A stretch of DNA of 64,000 bases from Candidatus Lloydbacteria bacterium RIFCSPHIGHO2_02_FULL_50_18 (GTDB lineage: Bacteria; Patescibacteriota; Minisyncoccia; Phycocordibacterales; UBA6899): positions 144,021-208,020 of the forward strand of contig MHLM01000001.1 of assembly GCA_001821395.1 (NCBI GenBank), read 5' to 3'. The position numbers were made by a program, and so were the translations under genes. The notes beneath the pieces are model-generated. The model did no database searches. It was not told where the DNA came from and saw only the letters and a list, made by a program, of their open reading frames with translations. Of the stretch, positions 9,362-19,386 are shown one piece after another; the stretch's first letter is position 1; each line of letters starts with the position of its first letter.

Positions 9362-9532
9362 ATCAGCGGGCCCACGAGGAATCGATCGCAGTACCGTTCG
9401 TTGCGGTCACAGATAATTTCCTCGCCGTCGCACGGAAATTTCCGCGACCCCGACTCGCAACCTCGCTTGCTAGCTCGGTATCAGCTCCGTCTCCCGCAAA
9501 GCGAAAAACTGCATTCGCAGTTATTTCGTCTT
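9362..9532 (-). repeat. tRNA-Trp-linked element. Core GAGTCGGGGTCGCGGAAATTTCCGTGCGACGGCGAGGAAATTATCTGTGACC, hairpin CGGTACTGCGATCG, direct copy of the tRNA 3' end (cgattcctcgtgggcccgc, 9362-9385), partial mirror tgcggg...gagtcgggg.
   Basis: Read on the minus strand. Confidence 0.6.
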
Positions 9533-9534
9533 TG

Positions 9535-9605
9535 CGGGCCCACGAGGAGTCGAACCTCGGACTCTTCTTTTGGAGAGAAGAATTTTACCGCTAAACTATA
9601 GGCCC
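9535..9605 (-). tRNA. tRNA-Trp(CCA).
   Basis: Hand-folded. Acceptor gggccua/ugggccc, anticodon stem cttct/agaag with loop cuCCAaa, T-arm cgagg-ttcgact-cctcg. Confidence 0.8.
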
Positions 9606-9645
9606 TGTATGGGAGAATATAACACGCAACGGGTATTGCTTCAAC

Positions 9646-9671
9646 AAAAAACCACCGAGGGGTGGTTTTTT
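9646..9671. terminator. Hairpin aaaaaaccaccgaggggtggtttttt, terminator for rpmG.
   Basis: Perfect 8-bp GC-rich stem with flanking A/T runs. Confidence 0.6.
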
Positions 9672-9673
9672 GA

Positions 9674-9829
9674 TTACTTCTTTGCTTCTTTGAACGTGAC
9701 GCGCTTGCGGAGTTTTGCGCTGTATTTCTTGAGTTCGATCTTGCGCGTGACGAGCTTCTTATTCTTGCTGGTCCAGTAGACCTCGCCTGTTTCCTTGTGT
9801 TTAAGCTGTATGAGATTATCTTGTGACAT
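9674..9829 (-). CDS. rpmG: 50S ribosomal protein L33. 51 aa: [51 protein letters not shown]. Below the 60-aa cutoff of the supplied ORF track.
   Basis: Translated by hand. L33 pattern (TG..Y.T.KNK...KLELKKY.P..RKHV..KE.K). Conserved rpmG then tRNA-Trp synteny. Confidence 0.6.
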   Translation of the reverse strand: MSQDNLIQLKHKETGEVYWTSKNKKLVTRKIELKKYSAKLRKRVTFKEAKK

Positions 9830-9903
9830 ATGGGTCTTGTTAGGTGTTAGCAGGTTACCAAATACCCCTCAAAATGGCAAGTAGGGCCACCAAATAACAG
9901 ACC

Positions 9904-11046
9904 CTAAATAACGTAAAATCGCTTGATGAGTGGATTCAGCCTCGTCACCACCTCATAATGCGTCGTAGCGGCAAATTGAGCCATTTCAGAGGACTCGATA
10001 AGCTCTTTGCCTTGTTTGCCGATGAGCACCACTTCATCCCCCATGCGCACGTTCGGAATGTCGGTCACGTCGACCACGATCATGTCCATAGCGACACGCC
10101 CGACAATGCCGGCGCTTTTCCCCCCGATGAGTACCCTTCCCTTGCTCGACAACATCCTTGGTATTCCGTGCCAATACCCAACAGGGATCACCGCAAGCCG
10201 CGAATCGCGCCGGAGCATCTCCGTAGAGTCATACCCCACGCGCTCACCTTTCTTTACCTCCTTAACCTCGCCGACAACGGCCTTCCAGGCAAGTACGGGA
10301 TACAGGGCGATCGACCGCGACAGATGGTACTTCGCCTCATCAGACGGCCAGAGCCCATAGCAGCCAATACCGATGCGTACCATATCGTAATGCGTATTCG
10401 GATAAAGCATCGCGCCGCCCGTTGCCGCAGCATGACAGATCGGGTCGTGCCCCGCTTCATAGAATAATACTTTCCACTTTTCAAATTCAGCCGCTTGCCG
10501 TTTCGTAGCATCGCTATTCCTCGGGTTTTTTGCTTCAGCGAAATGGGTGTACAGACCTTCGACACGAAAAATACGGAGTGGAGTTTGAGCAATTTCACGA
10601 AGTAGCTTTAGTGCTTCTTCCATCTGGAATCCTTGACGATGCATTCCGGTATCGACCTTGATGTGTACGAGGAGTGGTTTTTTTGACGGTGGTAATTTGC
10701 ACACCTCTTTGAACTGAGCAAAAGAAGATATCGTAATACTGATGTTGTGTTTTCTCGCGTCACGGTAAAGTGAAGGCAACGTGAAACCGAGAACGAGGAT
10801 GGGTACATTGATTCCATTTTTTCGTAACGCCATCGCTTCGGTGATCGAATCAACACCAAGCCAGTCAGCGCCGAGGCGCACCATTTCCGGCGCAAATTCA
10901 TGCAGATTGTGCCCATACGCATTCGACTTCACCACCGCCATCATCATCGTCTTCTTCCCGATCAACTTCCGAAACGTACGATAATTTTTCGCTATCGCGC
11001 GTTTGTCGACCTCGATCCATGTACGTAAATTCTCTGCATATTTCAT
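9904..11046 (-). CDS. alr: Alanine racemase. PLP-lysine motif AVVKSNAYGH. The start is probably M34 of the tracked ORF.
   Basis: Alr N-terminal motif and length. Confidence 0.8.
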   Translation of the reverse strand: MKYAENLRTWIEVDKRAIAKNYRTFRKLIGKKTMMMAVVKSNAYGHNLHEFAPEMVRLGADWLGVDSITEAMALRKNGINVPILVLGFTLPSLYRDARKHNISITISSFAQFKEVCKLPPSKKPLLVHIKVDTGMHRQGFQMEEALKLLREIAQTPLRIFRVEGLYTHFAEAKNPRNSDATKRQAAEFEKWKVLFYEAGHDPICHAAATGGAMLYPNTHYDMVRIGIGCYGLWPSDEAKYHLSRSIALYPVLAWKAVVGEVKEVKKGERVGYDSTEMLRRDSRLAVIPVGYWHGIPRMLSSKGRVLIGGKSAGIVGRVAMDMIVVDVTDIPNVRMGDEVVLIGKQGKELIESSEMAQFAATTHYEVVTRLNPLIKRFYVI

Positions 11047-11242
11047 AACAACATCATAACACTGAACAAACGATATGGAGCAGACTTTAGGCCTCAATGC
11101 GATTGAATAGCTATGCACCGATTGCAATACAGAGGGATGTCGCAACCGAAAGCACGGCGATGGCGAATCATTCTATGACAGCAATACGACGAAACGGTGT
11201 TTTACAAATAAAGACGAAGCTGTTATATTGCATTCACAAATG

Positions 11243-11326
11243 CGTAGGTGGCGGAGCGGTCAATCGCAATAGACTGTAAATCTATCGTCCTATGGGCTAC
11301 GCAGGTTCGAATCCTGCCCTACGCAC
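11243..11326 (+). tRNA. tRNA-Tyr(GTA) with a long variable arm. CCA is encoded (11327-11329).
   Basis: Hand-folded. Anticodon stem ataga/tctat with loop cuGUAaa, T-arm gcagg-ttcgaat-cctgc. Confidence 0.8.
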
Positions 11327-11329
11327 CAA

Positions 11330-11372
11330 ATAAAATGAGCATCCCTTCCGAGGGATGCTCATTTTATTATGC
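11330..11372 (+). terminator. Perfect hairpin aaataaaatgagcatccc-ttccga-gggatgctcattttatt.
   Basis: 17-bp perfect stem. Confidence 0.65.
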
Positions 11373-11374
11373 GT

Positions 11375-11640
11375 AGAGCAAGCGAAGCTTGCGGGCAGGA
11401 TTCGAAGACCCTGAGTTTATCGTAGCGAGCTTGTCCTCAAGCGATGCGAGATTCGAAGGGTGTACTGTCCATGTAATGGAAGAAACTCCTGCCCTTTCAA
11501 TATGGCTTCCGGCAGGATTCGAAGCCGTTCTCCCATGTTTTTGAGCGATGGCTTTGCATCGTGAAAAAATGGGCGACATTGTTTACTTGCGAACAAACCG
11601 ACCCTATGGTCGGTTTTACGTATGGTGTCCAGATATATGC
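11375..11640 (+). repeat. tRNA-linked elements. Mirror of the tRNA-Tyr 3' end split by the hairpin gcaagcgaagcttgc. Core GGGTGTACTGTCCATGTAATGG plus direct copy agaaactcctgccc. Then a second partial unit whose mirror (ggcaggattcgaagccgttctcccatgtttttgag) is identical to the tRNA-Lys element at 24738-24775. Ends in the hairpin aaaccgaccctatggtcggtttt.
   Basis: Read directly from the sequence. Confidence 0.6.
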
Positions 11641-11643
11641 CCT

Positions 11644-13758
11644 CTAAATAGCACCACTCTTACATTGCTTACATAAGTCACGTACATTCTCGGGAACATA
11701 ATCACACGACGGTGCGAGTTTGAAATTCTCGCAGACATTTGCGGGCATTCCGCCACCCGACGCGCCAGCAGGAGGCATCATACCGGTCGGAATTCCTGCG
11801 GGAAGCTCTCCGCTCTTTGGAACTCCCTCGGGACGATAACCTGCTTCGGGGATGCCCTCCTTAGGAATACCCGCTGGCATTCCGGCAGGTCTAAAACTCT
11901 GCATGCACTCAGCGATAAACGGCTGTACGTCTTCCGGTCCTCGTATTGTAGAAACATCACCGATCTTCGACTTGATACAGTCACGCATTTCCGCTGGCGC
12001 CTGCTCGAGCATCTTATCCATTATTGCAGTCGCATTAGCCGCACATGATTGAAATGCATTCCCCATGTCGGGAGAAAGCTCGATGCCGTCTCCATTCATG
12101 ATCTTTTCTACGACATCTTTTCCAAGTTTCTCTTCGATACATGCGCGCATTTCCGGCGGCATCTTCTCAAGACCTTCGCGCGCCTGTTGCATTCCGCTCT
12201 CACGCATGGACTCAAAACACTTTCTCACGATATCTCCGCTTTGCGCATCCATTTCCCCACCCGAAAGCATCTTATCGAGCCCGCTCGACCCAAGCCCTTT
12301 TTCGATACAGGCTTTTGCCTCGGGTGTTGCGATATCCATCGCTGCACTTATCTTTTCTTTTATCTTAGGCATCATATCTGCCATGCAACCCTTGATCAAC
12401 TGACCCATATTTTGTGTGGGCATGAACGTACCTTCTGATATCTTTGCCAGCGCTTCTTCTCCTAATTTTTCCTTTAGGCATACACGCGCTTCTTCAGGAA
12501 GCTGCGGCAAACCGGCACGCAATTGACCCATTCCATCTTTGATCTCTTTCAATTGCTCGGCTGGAATGAGGCCATACTTTTCGGCAAACTTAAAACATTC
12601 TTCCTGGTGCGACGTATCATTACAATACGCCTCACAAGTTTCACGAGAACGGCACCCACCGGGACCCTCTCCGCCGGTCTTCCTCGCCATCTCGGCATCT
12701 TCCTTTGAAATGAGCCCTGCTTTCTCGGCGAAGTTCACACATTCATCGGCATGATCACTTTCGGAACAATATGCTTCACAAAGCGCTTTTGTTGTGCACT
12801 TTCCGGGAGTTTCACCCGACTTCATAAATGGGAGTACTCTGCGCGACTCTGCGACATCTTTTGGATCAATGAACCCTGCTTTCTCGGCAAACGTGAGACA
12901 TTCATCAGCATGGGTCGTATCAGCGCAATATGATTCACATGATTTTTTGTCTGTGCAGCCACCCGGAAGCGTCGCGCCTTCTGCAAGTACTCTGGATATC
13001 CGTTTCGCGTCCTGCAATACATCTTTCGGTATCAGGTTGTGTCGTTCTGCAAATAAGAGGCATTCATCCAAATGCGCGACTCCATTGCAGTACGCCTCGC
13101 ATGTTTTTTGGTCCTTACATGCACCGGGACCGTCTCCTCGGAGAACATCGGCAAACTCCCTCGCGCGAGCAGCCTCTTCCTTTGAGATCATGCCATTTTC
13201 TTCCGCATAATCCGTACACGCTACGATGTGCGCCTTGTCATCACAGTACGTCTTGCAGGACGACTGGTCCTTACAATTTCCGAGCTTAGTGATGGGAAAT
13301 TTATTCTTCTCAGTTTCCGATCGCTGCAGATGCCCGACCGCACCAAACACACTATCGGTCACGACACCGTCATTGGTGAACGTATACACGCGCCCCCACA
13401 AATTCAACCTCATATCATCGGGACGCTGCGTCTGATACGAAGTGGAATATATCCCTTTTGTACCCTCGTTGAAACCACTGACGCTCCAGTTCATGTCGGC
13501 GGCAGTGTATCGAATCGTATATATTTTTCCTGCCATGAGCGTTCCCATGGGGTCGCTCGAACCCTTCCAGCCGGAATCATCAAAATTGGCTGTATCAAAA
13601 TTCACGTAAAATGTTTTTCCCGACTTGATGTACGACTGCCATGGCCCGAGTTCGGGTGCCGCAAACGCAACGATCACCGAGCTCATGAATATTCCCGCAC
13701 AAACGATCAGCACTGCAATGTGTCCTGCGAGCACATTCTTCATGTGAAAATTTTTCAT
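11644..13758 (-). CDS. Secreted or membrane-anchored cysteine-rich tandem-repeat protein. Five ~45-aa modules (C-x5-C-x3-C-x8-9-C, e.g. CKDQKTCEAYCNGVAHLDECLLFAERHNLIPKD) are followed by four ~35-aa repeats (PEEARVCLKEKLGEEALAKI...). The ORF track extends it to 13926, but the start is MKNFHMKNV at 13758.
   Basis: Repeats visible in the protein, and echoed as opposite-strand ORFs in the track. Confidence 0.6.
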   Translation of the reverse strand: MKNFHMKNVLAGHIAVLIVCAGIFMSSVIVAFAAPELGPWQSYIKSGKTFYVNFDTANFDDSGWKGSSDPMGTLMAGKIYTIRYTAADMNWSVSGFNEGTKGIYSTSYQTQRPDDMRLNLWGRVYTFTNDGVVTDSVFGAVGHLQRSETEKNKFPITKLGNCKDQSSCKTYCDDKAHIVACTDYAEENGMISKEEAARAREFADVLRGDGPGACKDQKTCEAYCNGVAHLDECLLFAERHNLIPKDVLQDAKRISRVLAEGATLPGGCTDKKSCESYCADTTHADECLTFAEKAGFIDPKDVAESRRVLPFMKSGETPGKCTTKALCEAYCSESDHADECVNFAEKAGLISKEDAEMARKTGGEGPGGCRSRETCEAYCNDTSHQEECFKFAEKYGLIPAEQLKEIKDGMGQLRAGLPQLPEEARVCLKEKLGEEALAKISEGTFMPTQNMGQLIKGCMADMMPKIKEKISAAMDIATPEAKACIEKGLGSSGLDKMLSGGEMDAQSGDIVRKCFESMRESGMQQAREGLEKMPPEMRACIEEKLGKDVVEKIMNGDGIELSPDMGNAFQSCAANATAIMDKMLEQAPAEMRDCIKSKIGDVSTIRGPEDVQPFIAECMQSFRPAGMPAGIPKEGIPEAGYRPEGVPKSGELPAGIPTGMMPPAGASGGGMPANVCENFKLAPSCDYVPENVRDLCKQCKSGAI

Positions 13759-13762
13759 ATCG

Positions 13763-14050
13763 CTAGAAAGGATTCTGATAAGTGTCGGTATACGGATTGA
13801 CCGTTTTTTCGAACGGATTCGTATCAGGCATCTTTTCGACTGGATTGGATGCACCAGTTTTTTGATAAATATCTCCACCAAAAGATTCGGCGGGTACCGC
13901 CTCTGCCGGTGTGGCATTTGTATCACTTCCTGATAATGTGTTGTCGGTCCCCTTTTGAGAAGTACCGAAATAAAACCAAAACATAAACCCTAAAATGACG
14001 GCGAACACGAGCGCGGCAAGCGCAAGTAGTACATTTTTTTTCATGATCAA
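13763..14050 (-). CDS. Small membrane-anchored hypothetical protein (N-terminal TM, Thr/Pro-rich tail).
   Basis: ORF with a hydrophobic N-terminus. Confidence 0.4.
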   Translation of the reverse strand: MIMKKNVLLALAALVFAVILGFMFWFYFGTSQKGTDNTLSGSDTNATPAEAVPAESFGGDIYQKTGASNPVEKMPDTNPFEKTVNPYTDTYQNPF

Positions 14051-14238
14051 ATTTTATCATATCAAAAAGTATAGTGCGAACAGCCGGACTCCACTATGTC
14101 GTACCTGATCGACAACATATCGTTACAGAGACACATCTTTACCAGGATCTCGATCATCAATTCAAAACGATGAGCTGTGACCATAATGACCCAGCGACTC
14201 TGCTCAAAGAAAAACCGGCGTTCGCCGGTTTTTCTTTA

Positions 14239-16923
14239 TTACACCTTCACATTGGACTTCACTCTCACTTTTGAGCGAATGGGTTCTCTCTTTTTGTCCA
14301 CCTTGATGTCGATCTCTTCGCCTTTCATTCCGACAGTGACTAACCCCCCGGACATCATACGTTCTCTGATGATCGCTGAAGCGACCGGAGTGAGGATCTT
14401 GTCTTGGATCAGTCTGCGAAGCGGCCGCGCACCATACTGCGGATTGTATCCGGCCTTTGCAAGATAGCCGAGCGCATCATTCGAGATGACCAGCTTGATT
14501 TCTTTCGTGAGCAATCGTTCACGAAGTTTTTCAACCTGTAGCGTGACAATATTCTTCAGCGCTTCAGGAGAAAGAATATCAAACATGATGATGTCATCGA
14601 GACGATTCAGAAACTCGGGTCTGAAGTAATCTTTCAACCGAAGCATCACCTTGTCCTTGGTCTGGGTATATTCCTCCGCATCGTTCGCATTACCAAAGCC
14701 GATCGTCTGCATCTTGTCGATGAATTCGCTTCCGATATTGGAAGTCATCACAATGACGGTATTCTTAAAGTTGACAACGCGACCCTTGGAATCAGTGAGT
14801 CGTCCATCGTCTAAGACTTGAAGCAGGATGTTGAATACCTCAGGATGGGCTTTTTCTATTTCGTCGAAAAGAATGACGGAGTACGGGCGATGGCGCACCA
14901 TTTCAGTCAAATTGCCTGACTCTTCATAGCCCACATAGCCGGGAGGAGCTCCGATCAGCTTGGAAACGGCAAATTTCTCCATGTATTCGGACATATCAAC
15001 ACGGATCATCGACTTCTCATCGTCGAAGAGAAATCCCGTAAGCGCCTTGGTAAGTTCGGTCTTACCGACTCCTGTTGGACCCAAAAAGAGGAACGATCCA
15101 ATCGGTCGACCCGGGTCGGCGATGCCGACACGCGAACGCTTGATAGCATCGGCGATCTTTTGGATGGCCGCATCCTGCCCGACCACGCGCTTGCGCAGCT
15201 CGTCCTCGATGCGGTTCAGCTTGGATGCCTCTTCCTCAAGCATGCGCGACAAAGGAACTCCGGTCCATTTCGAAACAACTTTGGCGATGTCCGGCTCGGT
15301 CACCTCCTCGTGCAATATCCGCCGTGAGCTTTGCAATTTTTTTAACTTGGCGGTTTTCTCGATCAGCGATTTTTCCAGTGCGGGAATTTTCCCATAACGG
15401 ATCTCTGCCGCCTTCGCAAGATCACTACGCAATTCAGCATTTTCAGCCTCGAGTCGAAATGTTTCAAGCTCTTTTTTGATATTGCGGAGTGCTAACACAA
15501 GCTCTTTTTCATTCTTCCATTTTAATTCAAATTCACGCGTTTCTTCTTTGAGATCAGCAATCTCCTTGCTGATGATCTTCATGCGGTCCTTTGCCTTTTT
15601 CCCCGCAGCGCCTTCGGACTCCTGTTTCAAGGCTTCATTTTCAATTTCCAGGCGCATGATCTTGCGATGTGTCTGCTCAAGGATCGTTGGCTTGTTTTCC
15701 AATTCGATGCGCAGTGACGATGCGGCTTCGTCGATAAGATCGACCGCCTTGTCGGGAAGAAAACGATCGGAGATATAACGGCTCGACAGATTCACTGCCG
15801 CCAAGATAGAGTCATCGGTGATCTTCACGCCGTGAAATATCTCGTATTTCTCCTTGAGTCCGCGCAAAATAGCCACCGCATCCTCGATCGAGGGTTCGTT
15901 GATATAGACCGGCTGAAAACGTCGCGTAAGCGCCGGGTCCTTTTCGATATATTTTTGATACTCCTTAAGTGTGGTCGCACCGATCGCGCGAAGTTCCCCT
16001 CGCGCAAGTGCAGGTTTCAGCATATTTGAGGCATCCATTGCCCCTTCTGCCGCACCGGCTCCGACGATAGTATGGATCTCATCGATGAAAAGAATGATCT
16101 TTCCTTCAGACCTCTCGATCTCCTTCATGATGGCCTTCAGGCGCTCCTCGAATTCTCCGCGGTATTTCGTACCCGCGATCAGGAGACCAAGATCAAGTGA
16201 AACAAGCTCCTTATCCCGCAAAAATTCGGGAATATCTCCTTTTGCGATACGTTGTGCAAGACCCTCAACGGCTGCGGTCTTTCCCGTTCCTGCCTCACCG
16301 ATGAGTATGGGATTATTTTTTGTACGACGAGAAAGAATCTGAATGATACGGCTGATCTCTTCGTCTCGGCCAACGACGGGATCGAGCTTGTCTTCCTTGG
16401 CAAGCTTCGTGAGCGAGCGCGTGTACTTTCCGATAGCGCGCATTTTCTTTTGCCCTTCGCCTTCGCCATTTCCGCTATCACGCAGCTCATAGAGTACGCG
16501 CAAAACACTTTCTTTATCGATGCGAAATTTCGCTATGATCTCCTGCGCACCTGACGGGACGTTCATGAGCGAAAGAAAAAGATGCTCGGTTGAAATGAAT
16601 TGATCGCTCAACTCCTTTGCAACCGCTTGCGACGCTTCAAGTGCTTGTGCGAGCTCGGGAGTAAGATACAGCTGATAGGACGAGGCGGTCTGACTGCTCG
16701 GCTGATTTCCCTCCTCAAGAGTCTCGATGATCGTCTCCGTCATGATGACGGGATCGATATCGAGCTTCTCGAGAATAGACAGAACCATACTCTCATCCTG
16801 GAGCACAAGACCCGCCAAAAGATGGACTGGTGTGACATGAGTCTGCCCACGCTCAATGGCGAGCTCGTGGGCACGCCTAATCGCATCTCTCGCTTTTGTG
16901 GTGAAATTATTGAATGGTGGCAT
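14239..16923 (-). CDS. clpB: ATP-dependent chaperone ClpB. Clp N-domain, two AAA+ modules (GEAGTGKTA and GPTGVGKTE), coiled-coil middle domain.
   Basis: 894-aa ORF with Walker A boxes and ClpB architecture. Confidence 0.9.
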   Translation of the reverse strand: MPPFNNFTTKARDAIRRAHELAIERGQTHVTPVHLLAGLVLQDESMVLSILEKLDIDPVIMTETIIETLEEGNQPSSQTASSYQLYLTPELAQALEASQAVAKELSDQFISTEHLFLSLMNVPSGAQEIIAKFRIDKESVLRVLYELRDSGNGEGEGQKKMRAIGKYTRSLTKLAKEDKLDPVVGRDEEISRIIQILSRRTKNNPILIGEAGTGKTAAVEGLAQRIAKGDIPEFLRDKELVSLDLGLLIAGTKYRGEFEERLKAIMKEIERSEGKIILFIDEIHTIVGAGAAEGAMDASNMLKPALARGELRAIGATTLKEYQKYIEKDPALTRRFQPVYINEPSIEDAVAILRGLKEKYEIFHGVKITDDSILAAVNLSSRYISDRFLPDKAVDLIDEAASSLRIELENKPTILEQTHRKIMRLEIENEALKQESEGAAGKKAKDRMKIISKEIADLKEETREFELKWKNEKELVLALRNIKKELETFRLEAENAELRSDLAKAAEIRYGKIPALEKSLIEKTAKLKKLQSSRRILHEEVTEPDIAKVVSKWTGVPLSRMLEEEASKLNRIEDELRKRVVGQDAAIQKIADAIKRSRVGIADPGRPIGSFLFLGPTGVGKTELTKALTGFLFDDEKSMIRVDMSEYMEKFAVSKLIGAPPGYVGYEESGNLTEMVRHRPYSVILFDEIEKAHPEVFNILLQVLDDGRLTDSKGRVVNFKNTVIVMTSNIGSEFIDKMQTIGFGNANDAEEYTQTKDKVMLRLKDYFRPEFLNRLDDIIMFDILSPEALKNIVTLQVEKLRERLLTKEIKLVISNDALGYLAKAGYNPQYGARPLRRLIQDKILTPVASAIIRERMMSGGLVTVGMKGEEIDIKVDKKREPIRSKVRVKSNVKV

Positions 16924-16997
16924 ATGAGTTTACGGTTGAATATAATACTTTTTGTCTGATAACCGCTACAATACAATATATCTTTCTATTGTCAACA

Positions 16998-17909
16998 CTA
17001 CGATGCGCTCACGATATCCTTGGGTTCCCCCGAAGTGGGTGTGGACTGTGCAACACCTGATGAAACTGCGGTAACAAGCTCAAGGATGCGCGATGCCGGA
17101 TAGATTGCCAGACCTGTCCCCACCAGAGGATTCACCACAATACCAACCGCCTGTGCATCGAGATTGACCACGAGAGCGCCGGCATAATCCTCCGGAATCT
17201 TTGGATTCGTGTCTATCGCGGTGACGTGGTCGGGGGTCGTCGTGCTTTCGCTTTTCGTATAATGGAATTTCGAAAGTGTCCCCTTAAAAACCCCCGCTCC
17301 GTCCGCTCCACCCAACGCAATGATCGTTTGCGCTATTTTCGCATCAGTCTGCCGCCCAAAGGTCACGGAATCGAATATATCGGAAGGTATCGTGTCACTG
17401 ATCTTGAGCAACGCGAGCGGAGTCTTCCCGATCGCATCGTGCTTGATCGGTACCGCCAGATAGGATCTCTCTCCGATGGTAATGCGATAGCTGGCGAGTA
17501 CAACAGACTCAACGGAGATGCTCTTTTGGTCTGCAACAATCACACCATCACGAGATACCACAAATCCCGTTGCGAGCGGAGGAGTGCCTGTCGCCTCTGC
17601 CGCAGCAAAGATGAGCGCGATACGAGGCTGATTTTTTTCCACAGCAGCAACAATAAAATCGTCTTCCTTGGCATAGATGGTTACCTCCTTCGTGATAGTT
17701 GTGACCGGCCTTACCGTCGAACTTTCCGGGGTACTCGATCCTGTTACGACACGTTCGATCGTGCGCTCTACTACGCGATTGACTGTTTGCGTCAGCGTCG
17801 GCGGTGCCTCTTCGAGCATAGCAACGGTGATCACTCCCGTGCCAACAGAAACCACGAATGAGGTAAGCATCGTGAGAAGGATCATCTGTTTGTTATTGAG
17901 CTCATCCAT
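16998..17909 (-). CDS. Membrane-anchored secreted protein with an S1/HtrA-like segment (GFVVSRDGVIVADQ, LALLKI). The canonical His/Asp/Ser catalytic motifs are not evident, so it may be a pseudo-protease.
   Basis: Weak motif similarity only. Confidence 0.35.
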   Translation of the reverse strand: MDELNNKQMILLTMLTSFVVSVGTGVITVAMLEEAPPTLTQTVNRVVERTIERVVTGSSTPESSTVRPVTTITKEVTIYAKEDDFIVAAVEKNQPRIALIFAAAEATGTPPLATGFVVSRDGVIVADQKSISVESVVLASYRITIGERSYLAVPIKHDAIGKTPLALLKISDTIPSDIFDSVTFGRQTDAKIAQTIIALGGADGAGVFKGTLSKFHYTKSESTTTPDHVTAIDTNPKIPEDYAGALVVNLDAQAVGIVVNPLVGTGLAIYPASRILELVTAVSSGVAQSTPTSGEPKDIVSAS

Positions 17910-17993
17910 GAGAACAGTATATCGTATTATAAATAAAGTATCGAGTACAAAAATCCGCCCCCATGGTGGGACGGCTTATGCTAAAAAGACAGC

Positions 17994-18569
17994 CTAGAGA
18001 CGACGAGAAACGACTTCCCAGTCGATCGAAGCCCAGAATGCCTCAATATAATCAGCACGCTTTACCCCGTAATCAAGCACGAACGCATGTTCAAAAACAT
18101 CCATCACCAAAAGCGGTGTCGCGCCGGCCAAATGCCCCGTATCGTGTTCATTGATCCATACGTTGAAGAGCGCATCGGACTCCTTATCGTGAACGAGCAT
18201 TGCCCAACCAATACCTCGCATTGCACCCGTAGCCTTGAAATCTTTTTCCCATGCACCCACACTTCCCCAGGTTGAGATAATCTTTTGCATGAGAGGATGC
18301 CCTTCGGCTATCATCTTTCCCATGGAAGCCATATTTCCGAAATAAAGTTCGTGCAAACGCATGCCATCATACTCCCACCCGAATCTCCGCTTGAGTTCAG
18401 CATATTCGGGAGTTGTGAATGCTCCATCTGCAGATAATGAATTTAATTTCTCAACAAGCGCATTCGTATTCTTGACATAACCCTCATAGAGACCAAAATG
18501 ATTTTTCAGTAATGCGTCGCTAAAACCCTTTGTCCCCAAAAGATACTCGAACTTTTTTGCTGTGTACAT
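17994..18569 (-). CDS. sod: Fe/Mn superoxide dismutase (DVFEHAF ... LDY).
   Basis: SOD metal-ligand motifs. Confidence 0.85.
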   Translation of the reverse strand: MYTAKKFEYLLGTKGFSDALLKNHFGLYEGYVKNTNALVEKLNSLSADGAFTTPEYAELKRRFGWEYDGMRLHELYFGNMASMGKMIAEGHPLMQKIISTWGSVGAWEKDFKATGAMRGIGWAMLVHDKESDALFNVWINEHDTGHLAGATPLLVMDVFEHAFVLDYGVKRADYIEAFWASIDWEVVSRRL

Positions 18570-18622
18570 AATTGCTCTGTTAATTATAAAAATATTTTAA
18601 TGATCATACCGATTCTAACATA

Positions 18623-19372
18623 CTATTCGGTCATGACTTTTCCCCACAATTCGCGATCAAGACTTTCTTTCCCGTGTGTCAAAATAAAATAATTAAGGTA
18701 CATGAACGGGATGTTGAGCAATCCCACGACCCACTTGAGTACGAGCTGCCCCCAGATCAGCGCCAACATAAGTTCCATACTCACACCAACATATGCAATA
18801 AAAACAAAAAGCACACTATCAATCGTTAGTGCGGGAATCGTCGAGATAACGTTGCGTAACCATAAATGTTTTCCATGGGTACGTTCTTTGAACCACGCAT
18901 AGATATACGCATCGATATTTTCCGAGATGAAAAAGGCGACCCATGATGCGATGGTCATCTGGGGAACAACGACAAAGAGGCTATCCCAATATTTTCCTTG
19001 TTCACTCCAAAACGGATGAGGTTCGAACTGTGCACCAAGCCAGAGAAAGAAGACCATCGCCATCTGAGCAATGAGCGCAATGAAGATCATGCGCTGCGTT
19101 GCCTTGCGTCCGAATCGTTCATTGACGATATCGGTAAGCAGAAATGTCACAGAAAATACCAATACTCCCGCTGAGGTGGTGAACAAACCCATGCTGCCGA
19201 GATCGAACGAAGCAACTTTGGTCGCGAGTATTTGTGACATCAGTACGAACGCAACGTACAGTCCGACCAAGAGGTCCGAACTTCCCAGCCTGCGTGCATA
19301 CAAGCTTCCGAGCAACGTAAAGCTCGTTACTCCTATGACCCAATACGCAAAAAGAGGAATCAGCATATGCAA
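18623..19372 (-). CDS. Polytopic membrane protein resembling YhhQ/DUF165 (queuosine-precursor transporter family).
   Basis: About 6 TM helices and family-like length. Confidence 0.4.
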   Translation of the reverse strand: MHMLIPLFAYWVIGVTSFTLLGSLYARRLGSSDLLVGLYVAFVLMSQILATKVASFDLGSMGLFTTSAGVLVFSVTFLLTDIVNERFGRKATQRMIFIALIAQMAMVFFLWLGAQFEPHPFWSEQGKYWDSLFVVVPQMTIASWVAFFISENIDAYIYAWFKERTHGKHLWLRNVISTIPALTIDSVLFVFIAYVGVSMELMLALIWGQLVLKWVVGLLNIPFMYLNYFILTHGKESLDRELWGKVMTE

Positions 19373-19386
19373 CCATTATACGATTC

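Noticed and set aside
12049-13289. Several plus-strand ORFs (112-138 aa) antisense to the cysteine-rich repeat gene
   Set aside because: They are periodic artefacts of the tandem repeats in the minus-strand gene, with low-complexity translations.
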